A stretch of DNA of 64,000 nucleotides from Hypanus sabinus (lineage: Eukaryota): contig NC_082712.1 of NCBI RefSeq assembly GCF_030144855.1, positions 12,028,001 to 12,092,000 on the forward strand. Reading direction: 5' to 3'. The notes beneath the pieces were generated by a model that had not been told where the DNA came from, made no database searches, and was given only the letters and a program-made list of their open reading frames with translations. Shown here piece after piece: positions 1 through 10,229 of this stretch. The position numbers and the translations under genes were made by a program. Position 1 is the stretch's first letter. Each line of letters begins with the position of its first letter.

Positions 1-1039
1 GAATAGATGATCCTGTGATGGGCTCAGCCACAAGGTGCTGTAAAAAGCCATCTGGTAGGCACCCTGGAAATTCCTCCTCCTGGAATCCAGCACCAACCTG
101 ATTTTCTCACTCTATTAGCGTATTAAACTCCATCATAACTATTGTATCTTTGCCCTTTTGGCGTTCATTTTCTAACTCCCAGTGTAATTTGTAGGCCACT
201 GTTTGGGTGTCTGCATACAACTCACTTCAGGGCTTTTTGACCCTTGCAGTTCCTTAGTTCTATCCACAATAATTCAACACCTTCCGACCCTCTGTCACCT
301 CTTTCTAATGATTTTATTCCACTTTTTACAACAGAGCAACGCTTCCCACTCTGCGTTGGCCTCGTGACCGTGGGGGTTTCCTCCAGTTTCCTCCCACAGT
401 CCAAAGACGCACATTTAGTGGGTTAATTGTTCACTGTTGAGGGCTGCTGCTTCCTTTTGGAACAAGTGACAGGGGGAAGGGTTGATGCTTTGTGGCTGCT
501 TCGGAGTAGAGGGGGTGGGGGGCTTTGGGGGCTAACATTTTACAAAATTTCCTTCTTCTGTTTTTTTCATGGATGTCTGTGAAGAGTAAGAATACTGTAA
601 TCTCTTACTGTCTCTCTTCTGATTTTCAGTTCCCTTCTGATTATCTGTAATCAGCCTGGTTTTTATTGGTATTTTTGTTATTTGCAAGTCACAAGCCAGA
701 CAACTCATTTGCTCCTTAACTTTGTCTGCAGGTCCTTTCACGTCCTAACTGAACGATCTCTTCCTTAGAGGATCAAAGTTCAAAGTGAATTTATTGTCGA
801 AGTACGAATATGTGGCCAGACGCTACCCTGAGATTTATTTTCTTCCAGGCATTCACAGTAGAACAAAGAAATCAATAGAATCAATGAAAAACTACACACA
901 AACAAAGACAGACATACAACCAATATGCAAAAAAAGACAAACTGGGCAAAAAAATGAGTTAAGTAATACTGAGAACATGAGTTACAGAATGTTTGAAAGT
1001 GAGTCCGTAGGTTGTCGAATCAGTTCAGAGTTGAGCTGA

Positions 1040-1370
1040 GTGAAGCATTCCACTCTGGTTCAGGAGCCTGATCATTGAGAAGTCATAACTGTCCCTGAAC
1101 CTGGTGGTGTGGGTCCAGAGGCTTCTGTACCTCCTGCCTGATGGCAGCAGTGAGAGGTGAGCATGGCCTGGATGTTGGGGGTCCTTGATGATGGAAGCTG
1201 CTTTCTTGTGGCAGCGCTCCTTGTAGATGTGTTCAATGGTGGGGAGGGCACCTCCTGTGATGGACTGGGCCGTACCCACCTCTCTTTGTAGGATTTTTTG
1301 TTCTTGGGCATTGGGGTTTCCATACCAGGTCATGATGTGAGCAGTCCACATACTCTCCACTGTGAATTAC
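1040..1370 (-). mobile_element. Rex1/L2-type LINE RT C-terminal fragment
   Basis: Minus ORF with ESMWT..MTWYGN...KKAASIIKDPQHPGHAHLSLLPSGRRYRSL...TTRFRDSY, the typical RT C-terminus. Confidence 0.75.
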
Positions 1371-1789
1371 AGAAGTTAGTCACACCAGAGGTCACGTGTT
1401 CATGTTACAAGATTGGTTACAATAGTGACAACCAGAAAGAGGAACTTAGATGGTGCCAGAGAATGACTTCTTTGAGCTTGTCTGCAAAAGAGCTCAAATT
1501 CCAGTCTCTTTTTTCACTTTTCAAGGGTGAAGGAGTCCTGTCGGAGTCCATGATCTCCGACTGCACTCAAACTGCAGTTCTTCACGGCAGTGGGTTCCAG
1601 CTCCCAGAGCTTGCTGACTGCCCATTTTTGATATCTCCAGGAGTGGCCTGGAAGACGTGTATCTTTGGGCTGTGGTCTTGCACAGCTCCTGTGGACTGGG
1701 TTTCTTGGCAGTGTCACCAACTGAACCGTTGCAAAAGATTGAAACATTGAGTCGGGGGTGTGGCTGGCGAAGGCCTTTGCATTACACTC

Positions 1790-1869
1790 TCTGTCTCTCC
1801 CTTCCTCCTTCTCTCTCTCTCTCCCTCTCCCCCTTCCTCCCTCTCTCTCTCTCTCTCTCTCTTTCTCTT

Positions 1870-1900
<31 letters not shown>
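1790..1900. repeat. (CT)n microsatellite (a (GA)n run follows at about 2011-2038)
   Basis: Direct inspection. Confidence 0.95.
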
Positions 1901-2424
1901 GTGGTCTGCTGGTTCTCGAGTTGGGTGAGCTCGAATAAGCATAGTTTCAAATCATGTTGAAACATCGATCTGTTGATCTCCCCTCTTGCAGTGCTAGATC
2001 TCCCCTTGTTAGTGAGAGAGAGAGAGAGAGAGAGAGACTGTAGCATGTGGTATTGTTGGGTGAACAGTGTTTTTTGTTGGACTGCAGATCATGGTCTCTT
2101 TGGGGATTTGCTATTGTTTTCCTGGTGAGTGATGGAGGATCTGATGATTCCTGCTGTAACAAATGGGGAGGGGGAGGGGGGAGGGTTGATGCTTTGCATC
2201 TGTTTGAGTGTGGGACTGGGGAGAGGCAGCTTTGAGGTTTTAACATTTTTCATTCATTCTTTGGGGGTTTTCTTCTGTTTCGTGGATATCTGAGTAGAGT
2301 AAGAGTTTCAGGTTGGATATATTCTCTGATACTAACCGGAAACGTTGACAGCATCTTCTGAACCCTGAATTGCAAAGAAGATCAATAGGTTAACATAATC
2401 ATTAGAAACACCCCACACACATGT

Positions 2425-2935
2425 AGACTTTGGTCTGTGGGGAGACTGGACTGACAGGGTTTGGTATGTGGGGAGATCGGACAGACTGGGTTTGGTCTGA
2501 GGAGAGATCGGAAAGACTGGGTTTGGTCTGAGGGTGATTGGACAGACTGGGTTTGGTCTGAGGGGAGATCGGACAGACTGGGTTTGGTCTGAGGGGAGAT
2601 CGGACGGACTGGGTTTGGTCTGAGGAGAGATCGGACAGACTGGGTTTGGTCTGAGGGACATCGGACAGACTGGGTTTGGTCTGAGGGACATCAGACAGAC
2701 TGGGTTTGGTCTGAGGGGAGATCGGACGGACTGGGTTTGGACTGAGGGGACATCGGACAGACTGGGTTTGGTCTGAGGGGACATCGGACAGACTGGGTTT
2801 GGTCTGAGGGTAGACCGGACAGACTGGGTTTGGTCTAAGGGAGATCGGACAGACTGGGTTTGGTCTGAGGGTGATCGGACAGACTGGGTTTTGTCTGAGG
2901 GAGATTGAACAGACTGGGTTTGGTCTTAGGGAAGA
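2425..2935 (+). repeat. Minisatellite, 30-31 bp unit, about 17 copies
   Basis: Unit GGGTTTGGTCTGAGGGGAGATCGGACAGACT repeated head to tail with no spacers. Confidence 0.95.
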
Positions 2936-3439
2936 TAATGATAATGCCTAATTAGTTTCACAGCTGTAAAGACTGAACTTGCCTTTTGGGGATGTGGTAA
3001 ATGAGGAAGTAGCTGGAAATATCTCCTCTTTCATTGCGGTAGGAAAAACAACACAGAACTATCAGTGACTTGGGCAGGATTATGTTACAGATTCGCTTTA
3101 TCTGTCAGATATTCATCGAAATAAAGAGTTTCTTGTGTCACAGACAGAGATGTACCACATCGAGCCGAGATGCACCCAGACATGGTGCTGTTTATGGTGT
3201 TTGATAACTCTGCTCTTGTACTCACTGAAGTTTAGAAGAATGTTGGGGGGTGCAGGGAAACTCATTGAAACCTCTGCAATAGATAGAGAGGCTTAGATAG
3301 ATTGGACATGGAGAGGGTGTTTATGATTGTGGGGAATTCTTGAAGATTGAGCTGTAAACAATAACTTTAGTAATAGATTGTAAAATGACAAGCCACGGGG
3401 GTGGGGGCACAAAATGAGAGAGTCTGAAACTGAACACAA

Positions 3440-4870
3440 CAGGCAACAAGGTCAACTTTAGGCAGGGAGAGTGAGGACTGGGAGCAAGTATTTGTGGTCC
3501 TCTCATTCGATGAGTGAACAAGGAGTGTGGATGAGAGCTGGGTTGAAATAGGCTGCCAGTGATGACTCTGGAACGATCGGCAGGTGAATCCTATTGGCTG
3601 GGTGGAGATGCGAGGTGCCTGAATGTGCAGGCTGGGGTTGTCAATGTGACTGAGCCTGACACTTTGATCTGCCCAAAACTTGTTGGTCACCCAAAGAAAC
3701 GAGATGTTCAGTACCTCGATTGGAGGGCTGTCCAGTGGGGAAGCCCCTTGAACAGCCTCGAGGCCACTTAAATGACAGTGGTGGTATAATTGTTAAAGAT
3801 TGGTGAACACTAATTAATGACCTGAATATGAAGATTTTGTAGCTTCCTTGTTTGTATATATTTTTAATACGTATCAGGGATCTCAAAAGTGTTTTGAAAA
3901 CCACCGAAGATCCGTGCTACGTATGCTAGTTGGTTGCTCACCATGACTGGCACTAATCTGTTGCAACTTGATGCACATCAAGGAGCAAACTGGGTCTCAG
4001 ATGAGCATCTAAAAGAATGGGTTGGAGAAAGGGTGCCATTGTTTCATATCAGAAGCCTTACGGTAACCAACAGAGAACTCGATACCCATGATGATGGTAA
4101 AGGAAGGTTTTTTTATGTCAGAGTGGTATTCCATATTTTCCCCATATGGAAATAATTCAACCTACATTTTGAAAAGATGTTCACAATGTTGGATAGTATC
4201 ATTAGAATACATAGATATCCTTAAGTAACCCACTGATATATGCTACTGTTATGAATGGTACTGGGAAAGGGAGCAATTTATCAAGATGCCATCAAGAGAG
4301 AGACAACTGGTCTTGTCCAGAAGGAATGACAAAGCAGAAGCTTAAAACCTGTACTTGTGAAAATTATTCATTGTCCATTTTGCCTGTGAATAACTAGGCT
4401 TTCTTACAGTATGCATTGGTGGGACAGACATATTGCATAGCAACAAGGGCCACAAGTTATACCAAGGGATGGAAACAATGCCCTTTGGAAAGTCACAGTT
4501 TCATGAGAGGGAACGTGACTTCAGACCTGGCCATTGGAGGATGAACTTTGCCTCAGCCAGGGGGAGAACTTCAAGACTCGACGCACAGATACAGATCAAT
4601 ATCTGTGGGACTGTGTTGTTACTGAATTGCCACCAATTCCTCACTTGACTGCAGACTGGACACATGTTATGGCAGAGGAAACAGAGATAATCCATCGATG
4701 GACTAAACACACTAAAGTAATTAAAACACACGCTGGAGAAGCAAATGAAATATTGAGTCACCAGGCTTTTGGAGTAAGTTTTGGAATTGGAGGTCAAATG
4801 TTCAAATACATCCATGGGTAAGAATAGTATCACATACCGCTACAATACTAATTTTATGCCCCCTGAGGTA
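3440..4870 (+). mobile_element. Decayed envelope/fusion-glycoprotein-like ORF relic (endogenous retrovirus-like)
   Basis: Frame-hopping translation gives, in order: C...ICPKLVGHPKKRDV (basic cleavage-like site); GG-x-SSG...LNSLEAT (fusion-peptide-like); VHNVG; a Cys-rich block RCHQERDNWSCPEG...CTCENYS...YCIATRATSY; WSKFWNWRSNVQIHPWVRIVSHTATILILC (Trp-rich membrane-proximal region plus TM start). Many stops and frameshifts. Confidence 0.55.
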
Positions 4871-6032
4871 TATCAACTGAGAAGACGCAATAATGGAAAA
4901 AAAATTGAGGATAAGGTTTTCATGAAAAAGCAGAGATGATTGTAGGTATAAAGTGGGTGAAGTTAGTTAGTAAATGTTAATATTATTTATAGAATGTAAG
5001 TGTTACACACCTACAAGGCAGTCCTATGGGCAGTCATCTGAATGAGAGGAGGATAATGATCTCAGGATAAATATCTTTGGATGAAGAGGAGGAAGATGTT
5101 GGCCAGAAGAATCTACAGTCTACAATTAGTGGATTTGATGAATCAAGGTCAGGGGAAGGAGACAGACCAGTTGTCTTTGTTCCCTCACCCCCCATTTTGT
5201 GGATTCTGAACTATATTCATGCTCTTGGATAATCTAATCAGAGTAACTGAAAGTGGACATGAGAAACTTCAGGACCCGAAGGACCTGCTAAACCTGAGCC
5301 CATTCTCGGAGGAGGAGCTACTTATTACGTAAAATGCCAGACCTACCAAATAATCAATCTGTAATCTCGTTAGACTCTGTCTGGGTCGCCGAGTTTAATG
5401 GGTTTGGACCAGTCAGAGTTGAAAGACTCAAATACACAAGACTGGGGTGGGCAGGACCAGGAAACAATGTGGGTTGTTGCCCTGTATAATGAGCAGTAAG
5501 AAGGTGACCCAGGTAGGTCAGGTGACCTTGAGTCAAAGGGATGGAGATCCACCAGTTCAATTGATGAGGAACAGTATAAAATTCAGGAGCTCCAAATACG
5601 TAGGAGCCATAACTCTCCCGCAGTCAGAGAACAACCATCAGGGATAAGGAGGACATGTGGAGATCGAGACCATGAGGAACACCTAGCCAGTGTGGACTCA
5701 TTTCCCAGATAATCGCTTTCCTCTTCATTCACTATTCATGGAGGGTCAGGGATCCCAGTAGGGTGCACATACGTAGTTCGTTGGAGAACCCACATTCTTT
5801 TCAGTTGTGAAGTTGCTCATCATTACAAGTGGTGCTTCGTGTAATAGTCCACAGAGCAGACCCTGATTCTCCCATCTCACTTCACTTCTTCTTCAGAAAA
5901 AGAGAGCGCTATGTGGAAGGGAATTTCTAGGCAGTGCCTAAAGTAGTTTACATGGTCAGCACAACATTGTGGGCCGAATGGCCTGTAATGCACTGTGGAT
6001 TTTCTACCTTCCTATGTTTCCAACACACTTTC

Positions 6033-6292
6033 CTCAGGACAAGCCCAGTCTGTCCAACCACTCATCAGAACAAAGCCAGTCTCTTGAATCTCCCCTCAGA
6101 ACAAATCCAGTCTCTCTAATCTCCCATAAAAAAAGAAATTGTCTCTGATCTCACCTCAGAATAAACCCAGACTCTAATCTCCCATCAGAACAGACCCAGT
6201 CCGACCAATCTTTCCTCAGAAAAAATACTGTCTGCGATCCACACTCAGAACAGACCCAGTCCCTCCAATCTCCCATCAGAACAAATCCAGTA
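6033..6292 (-). repeat. Degenerate inverted array of the same 30-31 bp minisatellite, about 8 copies
   Basis: Units such as AGTCCCTCCAATCTCCCATCAGAACAAATCC match the reverse complement AGTCTGTCCGATCTCCCCTCAGACCAAACCC. Confidence 0.75.
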
Positions 6293-7368
6293 TTAAATCA
6301 ATTCCTTCAGCAGTTTGATCGGGGCACGACTGCGCAAGCGCGTGGACGTCAGCCAGTGAGAACCGTGGGAAGAGTTTAAAAGGAGACAGCTTTACACAGC
6401 AGGCACTATAGTAGAGGGAAACAGACGAGGAAGGCTTTGGCTCAACAGGGCTTCGGCAGTAACGGGTCACGGCCAGGTAGGTTATCTGTGCAGAATACAG
6501 ACAGGAAGAATGTGTGTGAGGCTGGTGTTCTGTGCTCGGTGTCAGATGTGGGGAGTATGGGAGTCTCCCAACCTCTTGGACGGCCACATCTGCACCAGGT
6601 GTGTCGAGCTGCAGCTTCTTAGTGACTGTGTTAGGGAACTGGATCTGCAGCTTGATGACCTTCACGTGGTCAGGGAGAGCAAGGAGGTGATAGAGAGGAG
6701 CTATAGGCAGGTAGTTACACCGGGGCCTCGGGAGTTAGGTAAATGGGTAACAGTCAGGAGAGGGAAGGACGAGTCAGATGCCAGGCAGTACCCTTGTGGC
6801 TGTCCCCCTTAACAGTAAGTACTCCTGTTTGAGTACTGTTGGGAGGAACAGCCTACTGGGGGAAACAACAGTGGTTTACGTCTCTGGCACAGAGTCTGGC
6901 CCTGTGGCTCAGAAGGGTAGGGAAAGGAAGAGGATGGCAGCAGTGATTGGGGACTCCATAGTTAGGGGGTCAGATAGGCGATTCTGTGGACGCAGGAAAG
7001 AAATGCGGATGGTAGCTTGCCTCGATGGTGCCAGGGTCCAGGATGTTTCTGATCGCGTCCACGTTATCCTGAAGTGGGAAGGAGAACAGCCAGAGGTTGT
7101 GGTACAGATTGGTACCAATGACACTGGTAGGAAAAGGGAGGAGGTCCTGAAAGCAGACTACAGGGAGTTAGGAAGGAAGTTGAGAAGCAGGACCACATCT
7201 CCGGATTACTGCCTGTGCCATGTGACACTGAGCACAGGAATAGAGTGAGGTGGAGGATAAATGCGTGGCTGAGGGATTGGAGCAGGGGGCAGGGATTCAG
7301 ATTTCTGGATCATTGGGACCTCTTTTGGGGCAGGTGTGACCTGTACAAAAAGGTTGGGTTGCATTAAA
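6293..7368 (+). mobile_element. CR1-type LINE 5' end: 5'UTR plus disrupted ORF1 (zinc finger, coiled coil, SGNH esterase)
   Basis: C-x2-C...HIC-x2-C zinc finger and coiled coil; esterase motifs VIGDSIVRG and VVQIGTND. Confidence 0.9.
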
Positions 7369-7454
7369 TCTGTTTGGGGAGAGGGTGTTGGGTTTGGTGC
7401 TGTCAGCACTGTATTTTTTGAGAGGGAGGGGGTTGGGGTCTTGGGGCTTTTGAT

Positions 7455-7679
7455 CTTCCCTTTCCTGACTGTTACCCATTTACCTAACTCCCGAGGCCCC
7501 GGTGTAACTGCCTGCCTATAGCTCCTCTCTATCACCTCCTTGCTTTCTCTGACCACGCGAAGGTCATCGAGCTGCAGATCCAGTTCCCTAACACAGTCAC
7601 CAAGAAGCTGCAGCTCGACACACCTGGTGCAGATGTGGCCGTCCAAGAGGCTGGGAGTCTCCAGGACCTCCCACATCTG
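7455..7679 (-). mobile_element. Inverted CR1 ORF1 fragment
   Basis: Reverse complement of 6543-6767, about 14 mismatches in 225 nt. Confidence 0.9.
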
Positions 7680-8722
7680 GTGGGAGTATTGAATCCCATG
7701 GTTTTTCTAGTTACCATGGTTATTTGGAGAAGATGAATATCAGAGTTGTATTCTACATGCAAACTTTAACAATAAAATGAACCTTTGATCCTTTCCCCAT
7801 AGACGCTGCCCGACCTGCTGAGTTCCTCCAGTATTTTGTGTGTGTTGCTCTGGATTTCCAGCAACGGCAGATTTTCTCCTGTTTATGACCATGATTGTTC
7901 TTGGCAATTTTTCTACAAAAGTGGTTTCCATCACCTTCTTCTGAGCAGAGTCTGTACAGGACGGGTGAGCCCAGCCATTATCAATACTCTTCAGAGATTG
8001 TCTGCCTGGTGTCAGTGGTCGCATAACCAGAATTTGTGATCTGCACCAGCTGCTCATTCGACCATCCACCACCTGATCCCATGGGTTCACGTGACCCTGA
8101 TCAGGGGCGAAGCAGGGGCTACACCTCGCCCAAGGGTAAAGTGAAGACTAGTGGAGGGAAGGAGTGTCTTACACCTCCTTTGGTAAAGACGTATCTTCAC
8201 CCTGACAACCCTGTTATACATTGCAATACATATTAATTAAAAACTGTATATTTCAATAAGAAATTTATACCTACATGTATAATTTTAAATTAAATAAATA
8301 TCACAATAAGAGGGGTAAAAAGGAAACAAAGTGAGCTGGTCCTCACTTTTCTGATTGTCCATTCAGAAATCCAACAGCAGAAAGGAAGAAGCTCTTCCTG
8401 AAACGTTGAGTGTGTGTCTTCTCTGGGAAGCTTCCTGATCCTCCGTTAGAACTCCACTCATTCCTCCCAGGCTCAGGCAAGGCCCTGGAGGAACGCTGTT
8501 TTGTTTTGCTGTATGCATGTGTGGCTGATTGACAATTAAACTTGAACTTGAATGTGGCGACGGGTTCTTTTCCGGGTCTGATCTACAGTCAGATCTCACT
8601 CGGAGACAGACAGATAAACCTGGGAGTGGGGGTTGATTAGAGAAAGGATAATGGTAACAGGCTTCACTCGCTCCCCCCAAAACCCACCCCATCCCCTCCA
8701 GAACGTGTCTATGGTCTCTTAC

Positions 8723-9093
8723 CTGCAGTCGGATCTCACTCTGGATCACATGGTTAAATGGGGGTTTGACGTAGGATGAGTAATCATGCTTCCCTTTCCC
8801 GAACTCAGCCAGACGCAGGTGGCTGTGACTGTCTCCCTCACTCAGCTGCTTTATCCTGATCAAGATGTTTCCTCCCTCTGGGTCCCTGATGAGCTTGTAC
8901 CGAGTCATTCCATTTTCCGCTGCCCACGATCCATTTCCTCAGTGCCTGAAGGTGACGATGTGTCGGTAGGGATTCTTCCTCATCCATGTCACCGTGTGTG
9001 CAGTGAGGTTCTGCCGAGGCCGTGTGAACACACAGGGTAACATGGCCGAAGCTCCCTCGGTTCCAGTCATCACAGAGACACTCTCGCCGGGAT
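8723..9093 (-). pseudogene. Pseudogenised paralogue of the V2 exon (copy C)
   Basis: Colinear with 44869-45258. Lesions: in-frame TGA at 8939-8941; F-strand Cys TGT>CGT at 8813-8815 (SHSHLR vs SHSYLC); a 10-bp deletion at the donor changing the exon to phase 0; acceptor polypyrimidine tract lost. Confidence 0.85.
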
Positions 9094-9129
9094 CTTCCGT
9101 GAGTTATATATACACATTCCTTATGGACT

Positions 9130-9660
9130 GTTTGTCCCACTCCCATCTTTACTTTTTTACCATCCATCCTTTCCTGGGTCCCTTTAATCCAGTTCCCACT
9201 CCCCTACCAAGTTAGTTTAAACCCTCCCCAACAGCTCTAACGAACCTGCCCATGAGAATATTTGTCCCGTTCGGGTTCAGGTGAACTCATCAATTTTATG
9301 GAGGTCCTGCCTCCCCCAGAGGAGATCCCAATGATCTCAGAACCTCGTCCTGCCCCCTGCACCCGCTTCTCAGCCACACATTAATTTGCCAAAACATCAT
9401 GTTTCTACCCTCACTGGTGCATGGCACAGGAAGCAATCCAGAAATTATTACCCGGGATGTCCTGCTTCTCAGCTTCTACCTCGCTCTCTAAATTCCCTTT
9501 TCAGGACAACTTTGCATTTTGTTCCTATGCCATTGGTACCAATATGTACCAAGACATCTGGCTGCTCTCCCCCCACCCCCAAAATGTTGCAGACACAATC
9601 CGAGATGTCCCTGACCCTGGCACCTGGCAGACAACGTACCATTGGATCCCACAACCAAAA
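9130..9660 (-). mobile_element. CR1 ORF1 3' part and ORF1/ORF2 junction
   Basis: CLPGARVRDISD...VLVHIGTNGIG esterase motifs on the minus strand. Confidence 0.8.
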
Positions 9661-9699
9661 TATACCTTTCCCTCTCCCCACCCCCCAACTATCCAAAGG

Positions 9700-10200
9700 G
9701 AAAAATCCCTACTTGACTCCATTGTCCATTCATCCATCCCCACGATCTCCCTCCTGACACTTATCCTTACAAGCAGAAGCAGTGTTACACCTGTCCCTAC
9801 ACTTCCTCCCTCACTACCATTCAGGGCCCTAAACAGCCCTTCCAGGTGAGGCAACTGTGAGTCTGTTGGGGTCATATACTGAGTTTGCTGCTCCTGATGT
9901 GGCCCCCTATATAACCTGATGTAGACTGGGAGTCCGCTTTGCCGAGCACCTATGCTCCATCTACCAGAAAAAGCAGGATCTCACAGTGACCACTTACTTT
10001 AATTCCACTGTGTCCATCCATGACCTCCTCCACTATTGCAATGAGACCACACCTAGATTGGAGGAACAGCACCTTATATTCTGGTTGAGTAGCCCCCAAC
10101 TTGATGGCATGAACATTGTGCAGTTGCTCCCACCTACCCCCTCCTTCACTATTACCCATCCCCTTTTCCCTGCCTCACCTCATCTCCTTGCCCGCCCATT
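9700..10200 (+). mobile_element. Penelope-like element 3' fragment (GIY-YIG region)
   Basis: Similar to 21960-22400; HYCNETTPRLEEQHLIFWLSSPQLDGMNI. Confidence 0.75.
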
Positions 10201-10229
10201 GCCTCCCTTTGATGTTTCAGGTTCTTGGG

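Larger units (their letters stand above)
7378..9093. repeat. Segmental duplication block, paralogous to about 43137-45258 (V2 exon plus downstream intron)
   Basis: Direct-orientation homology with about 29 differences in a 500-nt intronic sample. About 480 nt present in copy A (44128-44607) are missing here. Confidence 0.9.

Noticed and set aside
1514-2046. Overlapping ORFs rich in ER/SL repeats (also 52858-53253 and the N-terminus of 53413-54066)
   Set aside because: Translations of CT/GA microsatellites.
2425-2935. CRISPR-like array of about 31-bp repeats
   Set aside because: Units are contiguous with no unique spacers, the context is eukaryotic and there are no cas genes; it is a minisatellite. 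ORF 2332-2784 is a by-product.
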